Source: Malacoraja senta (taxonomy: Eukaryota). From it: a stretch of 64,000 nucleotides of DNA. The stretch spans positions 5,084,001 through 5,148,000 of the forward strand of contig CM075988.1 in NCBI GenBank assembly GCA_038087875.1, in the 5' to 3' direction. Numbering within the stretch: position 1 is the first letter of the stretch; the number at the start of each line of letters is the position of its first letter. Positions 24,673 through 37,499 of the stretch are shown here, piece after piece. The position numbers and the translations under genes are program-made. The notes beneath the pieces are model-generated. The model saw nothing but the letters and a program-made list of their open reading frames with translations. It was not told the DNA's origin and searched no databases.

Positions 24673-26899
24673 CTTCACGGCCCATCTGCTGTAAAGTTTT
24701 ACGATACGATATGATACAATTCGATAAACTTTATTCATCCCTGGAAGGAAATTGGTCTCATTTTCAACTTTCTGCCTCTTGCCACTATCAGTCTGAGGAA
24801 AGGTCCTGACCGAAAATCAAGAGAGAGTTATATTTAGCTGTTGGGGCTAAAGGAATCCAGGGATATGGGGAAAAAGCAGAAACAGGGTACTGATTTTAGA
24901 TGGTCAACCATGATCATGTTAAATGGTGGTGCTGGCTCGAAGGGCCGAATGGCCTACTCCTGCAACTATTGCTCTATGTTTCTACGGAAATATCACCTGT
25001 TCATTCCCTCCCAGATGTTGCTTGACCCATTGAGCATCTCCAGAACTTTGCATTTCACCAAAGTTAATTTTCATCTGCCCTCTTTTCCCACCGGTTACTT
25101 CAAATCCATGGCTATCCTGCTAATTAAATCCCTTTAGGCTGAGTTTGAATAAGATCCAGCCTATTCACTCTTCTTTGCAGAATAAATAAGCGGGTCAGGC
25201 AGCATCCCTGAAGAACATGGAGAGGTGACGTTTCAGGTCACGACCCTTCTTCACACGTGAACCGTCACCCATCCTGACCCGAAACATCACCTATCCATGT
25301 TCTCCAAGAATGTGTGGGAAGGAACTGCAGATTTTGGTTCTTACCGAAGATACTGGAGTAACCCAGGGGTTCAGGCAGCGTCTCTGGCGAAAAGGAATAG
25401 GTGACGTTTTGATCGGAAGCTTTCTTCAGGGATGCTGCCTGACTTGCTGAGTTAGTCCAGCACTTTGTGTCTTTTTTTATAAACCAGCATCTTCAGTTCC
25501 TTACTGCTCCAGTCTTCATCATGACCATACTTTTTCTTTCTCATGGTGCACCAAAGTCGTGGAAGTAGAAATTCGTCAAAGTAATGTTGGTGAAGGAACA
25601 GCAGACACTGGTTTACTCCGAAGATAGGCACAAAATGCTGGAGTAACTCAGCGGGTCTTTGGAGAAAAGGAATAGGTGATGTTTCTGGTCGAGACACATC
25701 TTCAGACTCTGAAGAGGGGTCTCATCCCGAAACATTACCTTTTCTTCTTGTCCATAGATGCTGCGTGACCCGCGGAGTTACTCCAGCATTTTGTGTCGAA
25801 GTAATGCCTTACAAACTGCCCTTGCAATGTTGAACGTCTCACTATCGCGGAGAGAAGCAAAGTGGCAGAGTCTGCATCATGGTCTGAAGTAGGGTCCCGA
25901 CCTGAAACGTCACCTACCCATGTCTCCAGAGATGTTGACCTGCTGAGTTTTGCCTCATTTTCTGCATCATTGCCTGGTCACTTAATGGTGAAATGCTGCG
26001 CACTAGCAATGTTTTTCTCACCGCCATGCTCACCAAAATCAAACCCAGTGAAGCAGCATCTGAAATTTTCCATGAGCATTTTTTTTTCCGGCATAATTGT
26101 CTGAAAAATATTAGTTGCTGCTAAGGCACAAGAGAAGCTATTTTCACACTGCTGGCTCAGAACAACGCTATTGAAACAACTTCATTCCAATTTATTATTC
26201 ATTGATATATAGTGAACTTGTTCAATCCACGTTGATATGCTGTGAGGCAGTTTAAAATATACTGACATATTGTGAGTATACTGATATGCTATGAAGCAGC
26301 TTATCATATGCTGCCCATTGATATATTGTAAATCTGCTTAAAATATACTAATTTGCAAGACACCAGTTAATTATGTATTGATATGCTGTGTACCAGTTTA
26401 ATATTTATAGATATTCTCATAAACAGTTTAATATATTTTAATATATGGACACAAAATGGAGGAGGAGGAGATGGAGGGGAGAGAGGTGAGAGTGTGGAGT
26501 TTGTATGTTTTCCCTGTGAATGGGTGGGTTTCCTCTGGGTGCTCCAGTCTCCTCCTCCCCCACCCCCCCGTGCCCCCTCCCCCCCCCTTAGTTGTCCTAC
26601 TTGTTCCATTGTTCCCATCATTGTATCCCTCCCATTAGCACATCTCCCCCAGCCAGACATGCTGCCTGACCCGTTGAGTTACACAAGCACTTTGTGTCTA
26701 TCTTCGGTATAAACCAGCATCTGCAGTTCCTTCCTGCACATGGAGTCATAGAGGCTTACAGCACAGAAACAGGCCCTGCAGCCCAACTTGCCCACACCAC
26801 CCAACATGTCCCATCTACACTCGTCCCACCTGCCTGCGTTTGGCCCATATCCCTGTCAACCTGTCCTAACCATGTACCTGTCTAACATCCAACCTGTTC

Positions 26900-27540
26900 A
26901 GGAATTTTTTTCCCCCAGTAACGTAATCACTGCCCTGTTGTGGCTGTGGCCCAAATAAAATGACAATCCCCAACTCTGAATGCAAAGCTGAATAAAAATT
27001 CAGTTCCTCTGCAGTACATCCCTAGTCTGCGTACCTGAAGTCTAAGCCATGAACTCTTGAGAATTGAATTAATGCAGGATTGGCAATCCTCCTGCCCTAT
27101 TGATATAGAAGAAGTGTGAGTTTGAAATGAGAAACTATCTTTTAGTTGGAATTGTTCATAAGACCACAGACCATGAATCAAAGGCGGCTGAAATAGCTTT
27201 TCCTGTAACTGCCGACGAGAGTAGTGCACATCACCAACCTATTTTGTGAGCAAGAGATGGAGGCTTGAAAGGAACAAGCCCTTAGCCATGTCAAGTTCAT
27301 CAGTACTTACACCAATAACATTCCCAACCTTGGTGACAACCATTCAATCACCAACCATTTTCACAAAGGAATAAAAACAGAAAATGTTGGAAACACTCAG
27401 CAGGTCAGGCAGCGTCTGACGAAGGATATTCAGTTAGAGTCATAGTGTCATACAGCATAGAAATAGGCCCTTCAGCCCACATTACCCATGCCGACCAACA
27501 TGTCACATCTACACTAGTCCCACCTGCCTGCGTTTGGCCC
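26900..27540 (+). repeat. Left arm of a local inverted duplication (partner 31374-32009)
   Basis: Manual alignment to the reverse complement of 31374-32009 gives about 29 differences over ~640 bp. Confidence 0.92.
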
Positions 27541-27849
27541 ATATCTGTCCTATCCATGTACCTGTCTAAATGTTTCTTAAAAGTTGCGATAGTCCCTGCC
27601 TCAATTATATCCTCTGTCAGCCTGTGCTATACTTTGTATGAAAAAGTTACCCCCCCAGGTTTGTATTAAATATATATATATATATATAGCATATTAAAAT
27701 GTTATATATATTAATACTGTGTACCAATTTAATATATGCTGATGTAGTTTGAATCAATGAATATGTACTTAAATGCGGTGTTTAGCGTCTGGGTTTTGTG
27801 TATTTCTTCCAGCAAAAATAACTAAATTGAAACCATTAACAAAAAAACC

Positions 27850-28220
27850 ACAGGAACAGGCACTTTGTCCCACAATATCTGTGCCAAACATGATGCCAGG
27901 TTAACTTAATTTCATCTGCCTGTGGATGATCCATATCCCTCCACTCCCTCCATACCCACATGTCCATCTAAAAGCCTCTGAGATGCCATAATCAAATCTC
28001 CCCCCACCACCTCCCCTGGCAGCGCGTTCCAGGTAGCCACCATTCTCTGTAGAAAAATCTTGCCCTGCACATCTCCATTAAACATTGCCTCTCTCATCTC
28101 ATAACTATGCCCTCTAGTGTTGGACATTTCCACCCTGGGAAAAAGCTTCTGACTGTCTACCTTATCTATGCCTCTCATCATTTTATATACTTCTATCAGG
28201 TGGTCCTGCAACCTCTAGCG
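27850..28220 (-). mobile_element. CR1 3' fragment
   Basis: DHLIEVYKMMRGIDKVD...TRGHS...WNALP. Confidence 0.85.
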
Positions 28221-28387
28221 CTCTCTAATCTTTATGGGATTTTGCTATGGATACAACAGCAACCATATATGCCTGCTATTTAATTACTACAATTTACCTG
28301 AACTCTAAAATAAGATCTCCAGGTAACTGAATTAATGGCACATTTACAGTCTGGTTCGTAGAGTAGGAGTGTGAGCACGCAACACGA

Positions 28388-28946
28388 TAGTTTAGTTTAC
28401 TTTAGTTTAGAGGAAACAGCGCGGAAACAGGCCCTTGGGCCCGCTGAGTCCGCGCCGACCAGTGATCCCCGCACACTAACACTATCCTACACACACTAGG
28501 GACAATTTATAATTTTATCAAAGACAATTAATCTACAAACCTGTACGTCTTCGGAATGTGGGAGAAAACAGGAGCACGCGGAGACAACCCACGCAGGTCA
28601 CAGTGAGAGAGAACAAATTCCGTACACACAGCACAAGTAGTCGGGATCGAACCAGGTCTCTGGCGCTGTAAGGCAGTAAAGGGCCCCTCCCACTTTCAAG
28701 ACCCAATTCACGACCTCTGCCGAGCTTGCCCTTAACTCGTACTCGCAGCATGGTCGTCACGAGGTCGTAGGAGGTCGTAGGTAGGTCGTAGTAGGCGGTG
28801 ATGCTAGTCGTAGGTACTCGTGGCATCAAGTAGGCCGGGGCGTTTTTTCTAGCATGATGAAAAATGTCCACGAGTAAAAAAGGTCGTGAATTAGGTCGTG
28901 AAAGTGGGACAGGCCCTTAACTCTACCGCTGCTCCACCGTGCCGCC
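28388..28946 (-). mobile_element. HE1/V-SINE-like SINE interrupted by a MITE
   Basis: SINE sequence GGCAG-TAA-CTCTACC is split at TAA by the MITE at 28680-28917. Confidence 0.85.
28680..28917. mobile_element. PIF/Harbinger-type MITE
   Basis: TIRs AGGGCCC..CCCACTTTC / GAAAGTGGGACAGGCCCT; TAA TSD at 28677-28679 and 28918-28920; empty site reconstructable from the host SINE. Confidence 0.88.
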
Positions 28947-29069
28947 CTAATACTTGAGTATTATTGTTTCAGTTGCAAACATTTCTCGAGGCGCCATGGT
29001 TGTGAAAGGGTCTATTTCAATGCGGGTTCTCACTTTACTTTCAAGCTGTGTACTATTTAGACTATCAGG

Positions 29070-29400
29070 CGAGCTCAGTGAACAGTATTTTTGTCTTTGA
29101 GTCAAACGGTTGTAGATTGACAGCCCACTACGGACCACGCACATTATCTACTTTGACACTTCACTGAAGCACTGACTAATGCTAAATTGCTGAAGGTGTC
29201 ATTGTTAAAGTGAGATGTTAAACTTGCTTGGTAAATGCAAAAGACCCGAAAGAAATATTAGGTAGAAATCTATGATCATTCTGAAGAAGCGTGTTTTCCA
29301 TTGGTTCCTTGAAAGTAATTTCAATTAAGTGTCAATTTAACTGCATACTGATCTCCTAACAACCAAATTACAGCTGGTGATATTTTATGTACTGATTCTT
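29070..29400 (+). mobile_element. Ancient Deu-domain SINE relic (SacSINE1/AmnSINE1-like)
   Basis: Resembles recalled consensus ...GAGTCAGAAGGTTGTGGGTTCAAGCCCCACT...CTGACACTTCAGTGCAGTACTGA...GGAGGTGCC...GAGACGTTAAAC...TGTAAAAGATCCC; heavily diverged. Confidence 0.55.
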
Positions 29401-29679
29401 TTAATAGCAATGCTGATTTTGTCGATGCAGATTTAGAGTGCAAAGATTTACTGTATGGTACAATTTATATTAAATTACCATATGCTTAGCTATGAAACCA
29501 GCCCTTTATCCTCTGCACTCCAATCAACCATGGCCAATGACTAAAGAAAATGCTTGCGGAGAATTCTCACAAGTTATTATTTCTCAAATATGTTCCACTA
29601 ATTTTGTGCTGAGGTTCTTTGCAAAATACCTGTGTGATTTTCACTATTAGACATGCCCTCCTGTTCCTACTGATCATCA

Positions 29680-29990
29680 GGTGGCACAGTGGCACAGCTG
29701 GTAGTGCTGCTACCTCAGCGTCAGAGACCCAGGTTCGATGCTGAACTTGGGTGATGCCTGTGTGGCGTTTGCATGTTAGCCCTGTGAATGCATGGGTTTC
29801 CTCTGAGCGCTCCAGTTTCCACCCACATTCCAAAGACGCATAATTGTAAATTAATTGGCCCCTGTTAATTGCCCTTTGTGTGTGGGGAGTGGATGTGAAA
29901 GTGGGAACGGGTGATTGATGGTCGGGGTGGACGGTAGGCCTGTTTCCATGCTGTATCTTACTCTCATTCATTCATTCATTCATTCATTCA
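29680..29990 (+). mobile_element. V-SINE variant with (ATTC)n tail
   Basis: tRNA head, V-domain, different 3' tail. Confidence 0.75.
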
Positions 29991-30406
29991 CACAATCAAC
30001 CAATTGTTCTTCTGGATCACCAGGCAGCATGGTGGTGCGGCAGGTATAGTTGCTGCCTCACAGCGTCAGAGACCCAGGCTCGATCCTGATCTTGGCCGAT
30101 CAATCAATCAATCAATCAATCAACCAACCAAGGATTGAAGGTACAGGATTGAAAATGGTTACAGTTTAGGGAAAAAGTAAAGATTATCATTCTAAACATT
30201 TTAGCAGAAGCTTCATTCTCTGAAAGAGCAGAGCATCCAGTGAAAGATAAAAACAAAATCTCTAGATACTGTAAATAGAAAATCAAATACAGAAAATGTT
30301 GGTAAAAATAAGTGAGTGAGTGAGGCAATATCTGTAGAGAGAGAAACATAATTGACGTTTCAATTGATGCTTTGTGTACAAAATCATGAGAGGAATAGAT
30401 CGGGTA

Positions 30407-31166
30407 CATAGATACATAGATACATAGAAAATAGGTGCAGGAGTAGGCCATTCGGCCCATTCAATACGATCATGGCTGATCATCCAACTCAGTATCCCGT
30501 ACCTGCCTTCTCTCCATACCCCCTGACCCCTTTAGCCACAAGGGCCACATCTAATTCCCTCTTAAATATAGCCAATGAACTGGCCTCAACTACCCTCTGT
30601 GGCAGAGAGTTCCAGAGATTCACCACTCTCTGTGTGAAAAAGTTTTTCCTCATCTCGGTCTTAAAGGATTTCCCCCTTATCCTTAAGCTGTGACCCCTTG
30701 TCCTGGACTTCCCCAACATCGGGAACAATCTTCCTGCATCTAGCCTGTCCAACCCCATAAGAATTTTGTACGTTTCTATAAGATCCCCTCTCAATCTCCT
30801 AAATTCTAGCGAGTATAAGCCAAGTCTATCCAGTCTTTCTTCATATGAAAGTCCTGACATCCCAGGAATCAGTCTGGTGAACCTTCTCTGCACTCCCTCT
30901 ATGGCTATAATGTCCTTCCTCAGATTTGGAGACCAAAACTGTACGCAATACTCCAGGTGTGGTCTCACCAAGACCCTGTACAACTGCAGTAGAACCTCCC
31001 TGCTCCTATACTCAAATCCTCTTGCTATGAAGGCCAACATACCATTCGCTTTCTTCACTGCCTGCTGCACCTGCATGCCTACTTTCAATGACTGGTGTAC
31101 CATGACACCCAGGTCTCGCTGCATCTCCCCATTTCCTAATCGGCCACCATTTAGATAATAGTCTGC
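30407..31166 (-). mobile_element. Young CR1 LINE 3' fragment inserted antisense into an older CR1
   Basis: Uninterrupted ORF2 C-terminus (ORF 30489-31259), (CTATGTAT)n tail; flanking plus-strand CR1 is continuous across the insertion. Confidence 0.93.
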
Positions 31167-31373
31167 ACAGTTTCTCTTTCTCAGAGATGGGGATTCGAGA
31201 ACCAGAGGACATAGATTTAAGGTGAGCGGGGAAAGATTGAATAGGATCCTGAGGGTCAACTTTTTTTACAGAAAGGGTGGTGGGTTTACGGAACGAGCTG
31301 CCGGAAGAGGTAGTTGAGATAGGGACTATCAAAACGTTTAAGAAATATTTAGACAGATGCTTGGATAGGATTG

Positions 31374-32009
31374 GGGCCAAACACAGGCAGGTGGGACTAG
31401 TGTAGATGTGACATGTTGGTCGGCATGGGTAATGTGGGCTGAAGGGCCTATTTCTATGCTGTATGACACTATGACTCTAACTGAATATCCTTCATCAGAT
31501 GCTGCCTGACGTGCTGAGTGTTTCCAACATTTTCTGTTTTTATTCCTTTGGGAAAATGGTTGGTGATAGAATGGTTGTCAGAAAGGTTGGGAATGTTATT
31601 GTTGTAAGTACTGATGAACTTGACATGGCTAAAGGCTTGTTCCTTTCAAGCCTCCATCTCTTGCTCATAAAATAGGTTGGTGATGTGCACTGCTCTGGTC
31701 TGCAGTGACAGGAAAAGCTATTTCAGCAGCCTTTGATTCATGGTCTGTGGTCTTATGAACAATTCCAACTAAAAGATAGTTTCTCATTTCAAACTCACAC
31801 TTCTTCTTTATCAATAGGGCAGGAGGATTGCCAATCCTGAATTAATTCACTTCTCAAGAGTTCATGGCTTAGACTTCAGGTAGATTAGGGATGTACTGCA
31901 GAAGCACTGAATTTTTATTCAGCTTTGCATTCAGAGTGGGGAATTGAGTCATTTTATTTGGGCCACAGCCACAACAGTGCAGTGATTACATTACTGGGGG
32001 AAAAATCCT
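31374..32009 (-). repeat. Right arm of a local inverted duplication (partner 26900-27540)
   Basis: See partner arm. Confidence 0.92.
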
Positions 32010-32499
32010 TAGGCCTAGACTGATGCCTCAGTGTTAGTTTCCGAATTTAAATTCAATCAATTAAATTAATTTTGGAACATTAAAAAAAAAGGCTGCCACG
32101 TGTAATGGTGGCCATGACCGTGCCACACCACGTTCATCAACAGCAAAGGAAATCCATGCCTTTACCTGGTCTGATCCACATGTGACTCCTGACCCGCCGC
32201 CAGTGTCTCTAAAACCACCTACAAAGCCAATTAATTCATGGACAATTACGTGGACACATGGAATTGCGGGTGCTGGTTTGCACAAAGAAAGATACAAAGT
32301 GCTGCAGCAACTCAGCGGGGATGGCAGCGTCTCTGGAGGACATGGAAAGGCGACCCATTTTAACGACGCCTGGAAGTGGCCGAGGAAGCAGCGTGGGTCA
32401 GCGGTGGCGGCAGTAGGTCCGGCCTGGAAATAGCCGGGGAGGTGGTGTGGGCAGGGTGTGGCGTTGGCAGCTTAGCCTAGTGGTGGAGGTCATTAGCTC

Positions 32500-32820
32500 T
32501 CATAAGGTCATAAGGAATAGGATCAGAATTATGCCATTCGCCCCATCAAGTCTACTCTGCTATTTAATCATGGCTGATTTATATCTCCCACCTAACCCCA
32601 TTCTCCTGTCTTCTCCTCATAACCTCTGACACCCATACTAACCAAGAATCTAACTATCTCTGCCTTAAAAATATCCACTGACTTGGCCTCCACAGCCTTC
32701 TGTGGCAAAGAATTCCACAGATTCTCCACCTCTGACTAAAGAAATTTCTCCTCATCTCCTTCCTGAAAGAACGTCCTTTAATTCTGAGGCTATGACCTCT
32801 AGTCCCAGACTCTTCCACTA
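32500..32820 (-). mobile_element. CR1 3' fragment
   Basis: ESGTRGHSLRIKGRSFRKEMRRNFFSQR plus tail. Confidence 0.85.
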
Positions 32821-32835
32821 AAGGTCTGGGACTGC

Positions 32836-32970
32836 TGGTGGAGGTCAGTAAGTGTGGCCTGTTGGAGGAGGTCAGTAGGTTTGGCCTGGTGTAGGAGGTC
32901 AGTAGGTTTGGCCTGGTGGAGGAGGTCAGTAGGTTTGGCCTGGTGGAGGAGGTCAGTAGGTCCAGCCTGG
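32836..32970. repeat. 27-bp GC-rich minisatellite, about 5 units
   Basis: Unit GGAGGAGGTCAGTAGGTTTGGCCTGGT; degenerate units also at about 32380-32497. Confidence 0.85.
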
Positions 32971-33178
32971 AAATGTCCGGAGAGGCAGTGCAGTCTTGAG
33001 GTGGCAACGGCATTTTGTGTTTTGGTCAAACGTTCCAACGTCTGCAGTCTATTGTGTCTTCTGATAACTAAGCACAGGTTAGGTATAAACGGTGAAAACA
33101 AAAGATGTGGAGAAACTGGATAGTGCAATGAGATTTGTCATCTGCATTGCACTGCCTCAGGATGCTGGAAACAAATTC

Positions 33179-33268
<90 letters not shown>
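33179..33268. repeat. (AAT)n microsatellite, about 30 units
   Basis: Perfect trinucleotide run. Confidence 0.98.
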
Positions 33269-33270
<2 letters not shown>

Positions 33271-33324
33271 AATAAGAAAAGTAAATAGGAGCAGGGACGC
33301 ATTGGAGAACTGTTCCAAATAGTG

Positions 33325-33785
33325 ATAGAGTGATAATGTCATAGCATGGAAACAGGCCTTTTGGCCAAAGTCGACCATGCCAACCAAGATGGCCGATCCA
33401 ATTTAGTCCTGTTTGCCCATGTTTGTCCCATATTCCTCCTAACCTTTCCTATGTATGTACCAGTCCACATGACTTTCAAATGTTGTTATAGTACCTGCCT
33501 CAGCTACCTCCTCTGGCAGCTCATTCCATTTACCCATCACCCTCTGAGTGAAAAGTTGCCCCTCAGACTCCTATTAAATCTTTCCCCTCTCACCTTAAAC
33601 CTTTGTCCTCTGGTTCAAGATTCACCTACCCTGAATTTCAGACTTTGTGCATTTACCCTATCTATTCCCCTCATGGATTTGAGCACCTTCGTAAGATCAC
33701 CCCTCAGCCTCTTGTGCTCCAAGGAATAAAGTCCTAGAAGCTCAATCTTTCCCGATAGTTCAGACCCTCAAGTCCTGGCAAGTCA
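33325..33785 (-). mobile_element. CR1 3' fragment
   Basis: Homologous to other CR1 3' ends in the window. Confidence 0.8.
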
Positions 33786-34503
33786 GGGAAGACACAATGG
33801 GCTGAATGACATCTTTTGTGTTTTTAATTCTCCCAGGAAATGTTTCACACAACTTGCAGAATCCTTTCATTAGTTCAAGTATGAAATTGTGTTCTGCTTG
33901 GAAGTAGATGAAATTACATTTCAGTGAAACGTTGGCAAAAAAAAAGACACAAAGTGCTGGGGCAACTCAGCGGGTCAGGCATAATCTATGGAGAACATTG
34001 ATAGATACATTCCAGGTCGAGACCCTCCTTCCTAATTTTCCCTTCATCCAAGCCCAAAACGTTATCTATCCATGTTCTCCTGGGATGCTGCCTCACCCGC
34101 TGAGTTACTCTAATACTTTGGAGTCTTTTTTTGTAAACCGGCATTTGCAGTTCCTTATTTCTAGAGGTGAAGGACGTTTGATTGGCTCCATATCTTTCCT
34201 GGGGTTTAGTGCTTAAACCTCAAAACATTGTGGTCTATTCCTGCCTCCTTTCAATTCATCATCTTTATATTCCAGGATAAAGAAATATATTTAATAGTCC
34301 TTTTTATTGGTCTATGAATTAATGAACTGGATGTTGTGATTTTGGTGGGAAGGAACTGCAGATGCTGGTTTACACGGAGGATAGACGCAAAATGCTGGAT
34401 TAAAATCAGTGGTACAGGCAGCATCTCTAGAGAGAAGGAACGGGTTACATTCATTACCCTTCACATCAGCCATTACCTCTTTCCAGAGATGCTGCCTGAG
34501 TTA

Positions 34504-34718
34504 TGGTCGTGTCCCACTTGGGCGACTCTTTAGGCGACTGCCAGCGACTAGTTTTAATGGAATTCACCTACGACAACTGGAGACAACATACGACAGCACC
34601 TACGTCAACCTACGACAGCAAAAATTGTCGCCACTGACGCCGAAAAATTTTCAACGTTGAAAATTTTGTGGCAGTCGCCTGTAGTCGCCCCAAAAATCGC
34701 CTAAGTGGGGCAAGCCCA
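34504..34718. mobile_element. PIF/Harbinger-type MITE inserted in a Penelope-derived repeat
   Basis: TIRs TGGTCGTGTCCCACTTGGGCGA / TCGCCTAAGTGGGGCAAGCCCA; TTA/TGA TSD splits the host CTGAG-TTA-CTCCAGC. Confidence 0.8.
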
Positions 34719-36049
34719 TGACTCCAGCATTTTGTGTCTGTCTTCTTGTGATTTTGGTATACAGTTTGAGTTTCTCATGATTAGAAGAGCATTCTGATTC
34801 ACCCTTCTCAGTGCCTCAGAGTGCAAAGCGTTAAAGCTGCTTACTTCAGTAACATTTACATTTCCAGCTCGATAGGCCATTGACACTAAAGACTGCAAAG
34901 ACAATTTTTAAATTTTCGCCTTCATTGAGGTGGGTAATTCTCGGTACTTTTTCAACTTAATGGTGTTAAAAAAAATTCAGAAACTGGATTATTTACTGTG
35001 ACAGTGAGTCACAAGGCTGAAAATTTTTGCTTGCTCTTGTGACAAATTAAAGTACACATTTTTCACAGTTTTGACTGACTAATGCCAGGATTGTATGCAC
35101 ACTGGAACTGCCACTGCAGACCTTGCAGTTGAATACATTATATGTGAACAGTTTTAAATAATAAAAGAAGGTGATAAAATAAAAATTTAGCAGTGTCATT
35201 ATCTTAATGGCCCTCAATAATGTGGGCAAATAAAATGAGGATGTAAGGCTGTAGGTGATTGTTGACATGGCTTAACATCTGACGTGCCTCCATTATATTC
35301 CTCCAGTCATAATTTTATGGAGCAAATTAACATCATAGTTCTCCACGTGGAAAACTATGATGTTAACTTATTACTCTAAGTACCTAATCTTGTTGTTGGA
35401 TCCCAACAATCCCTCAGATGACCCAATATACATATCCAGCATACCATCAATGTAATCACACACCATGGTGCTGCGAAGACTTTATTATTATTATTATATG
35501 CCCCACAGCATCAAAGACCTTGGCCAAATCAATCAAAACAGCTGCCAAGCCTTTAAAATGATGTTTTGACCCCTGCCATGAATTATTTAAAATGGCAATA
35601 TCTTTGACTGCAACTTGGGTGGTTACATAAAAGCCTTCTGTCGATCACAACTGCAAAATTGCCTTGGCGAAATATTTAGGTAAAATTTCAGTGTATGTTC
35701 TTAATAGATCCATTGTGATTGGTCACCCACTGCCAATGTTCTTGAATAAAACTGAGTTATCTGATTTGGGAATTAAAAATAGATGGCTGCTTTTAAGATG
35801 TTAGTGAGTTTATTGTCACGTGTACCGAGGTACAATGAAAAGCGTTCTATCCAGTCAGCGGAAAGACAATACATGATTACAATTGAGCCATTTACAGTGT
35901 AAAGGTACATGATAAGGGAATAACGTTTAGTGCAAGGTAAAGCCAGCAAAGCCCGATCAAAGATAGTCCGAGGGTCACCAATGAGGTAGATAGTAGTTCA
36001 GCACTGCTCTCTGGTTGTAAGGAATTCTCATGCACCTTATCCATACCGA

Positions 36050-36740
36050 GTAGAGTCACAGAGTCATACAGCGCGCAAACAGGCCCTTCATCCCAACTTG
36101 CCCACAACTCCCAAAATGTCCCATCCACACTAATCCCACCTGCCTGCATTTGGTCCATATCCCTCTAAACCTATCTAATCCATGTACCTGCCCAATTGTT
36201 TCTTAAATGTTGCAATAGTCCCTGCCTCAATAGTCCCTGCCTCCACCTGCAGCTTGTTCCATATACCTACCATCCTTTGTGTAAAAAAGTTACTCCTCAT
36301 GTTCTTGTTAAAACCTTCCCTCCTCACCTTAAACCATAGCGTACTCTGCTTCTAGATTCCCCTAGACTGGGCAAGAAACTGTGCATTTACCCAATCTATT
36401 CCTCTCATGATTTTGGTCACCTCTATAAGATCATCCCTCATCCTCCTGCGCTCCAAAGAGTAGAGTCCTAGCCTGCTCAACCTCTCTCCACAGCTCAGGC
36501 CCTCGAGTCCTAGCAACATCCTCATTAATCTCCTCTGCACCCTTTCCAGCTTGACAACGTATTTTCCATAACATGACACCCAAAACTGAACACTCTAAAT
36601 GTAGGTCTCACCAACGTGTTTTATACCTGCAACATGACCTCCCAACTTCTATACTCAATACTTTGACTTATGAAGGCCAATTTGCCGAGAGCCTTTTTGA
36701 CCACCCTGCCTACCTGTGACACCACTTTCAAGGAAGAATT
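36050..36740 (-). mobile_element. CR1 3' fragment
   Basis: KLERVQRR...LGLYSLERRRMRDDLIEV plus tail. Confidence 0.85.
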
Positions 36741-36959
36741 ACATCTCTGTAAAACTTCATAATCCATATTTCTAAAATGATTTAATGTAACATTATCTGG
36801 GCCCACTTAAAAACAAAAGAATGTACAAATGTCATAGGTTCATGAAAGAGGAGTAAACCAATTTCTGAACTATATTCATCCATAAGTTGTTGAAACTTTC
36901 GTATCTGCATGCACCTACAGTCTTCACCATTTGACATATTATTGTCACAACTATTTCAT

Positions 36960-37350
36960 GGGATTCGTGGGAGGTGGTCTTGGAGGGGAGGATGCTCCTC
37001 AAACTGCGGAGCATCCTGGAGCCCCTTCCATGACACACTGGTCAACCTGAGGAGCACCTTCAGCAACAGACTGGTTCCACCAAGATGCAGGACAGAACGC
37101 CACAGGAGATCCTTCTTCCCTGTGGCTATCAAACTTTACAACTCCTCCCCCTTCTGTCGTGAGGTAGACTGAGACTGAGACTGCATCCCCCCCCCCCCAC
37201 CCCCAACACACCCCTCCCCAATCTTTGCACATCCCCCAAGCCTTTCCACTCGTCACTTTATTGTAATGTTTCATGTATCTTGTGTTTTATGACTGTTGGC
37301 AGATTAATTTCCCTCCCGGCATAAATAAAGTTCTATCGCGTTGTATTGTT
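36960..37350 (+). mobile_element. Rex1/Babar LINE 3' end
   Basis: STFSNRLVPPRCRTERHRRSFFPVAIKLYNSS, followed by AATAAA and tail. Confidence 0.8.
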
Positions 37351-37499
37351 TCATATTTCAGAATGTTCTTAATGATATTAATCCAACAGTCAAAATGTGT
37401 CACCTGTCACTGGATCCTCACAATCCCACAATCTAATTTTCAAAGGGTTATGTTCATCAAACATTATTTTTTTGATGGTATAAAAGTCAGGGAGGTTGG

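Noticed and set aside
32836..32970. Regularly spaced 27-bp repeats resembling a CRISPR array
   Set aside because: No unique spacers, no cas genes, vertebrate context
33092..33387. Poly-Asn / poly-Leu ORFs
   Set aside because: (AAT)n microsatellite
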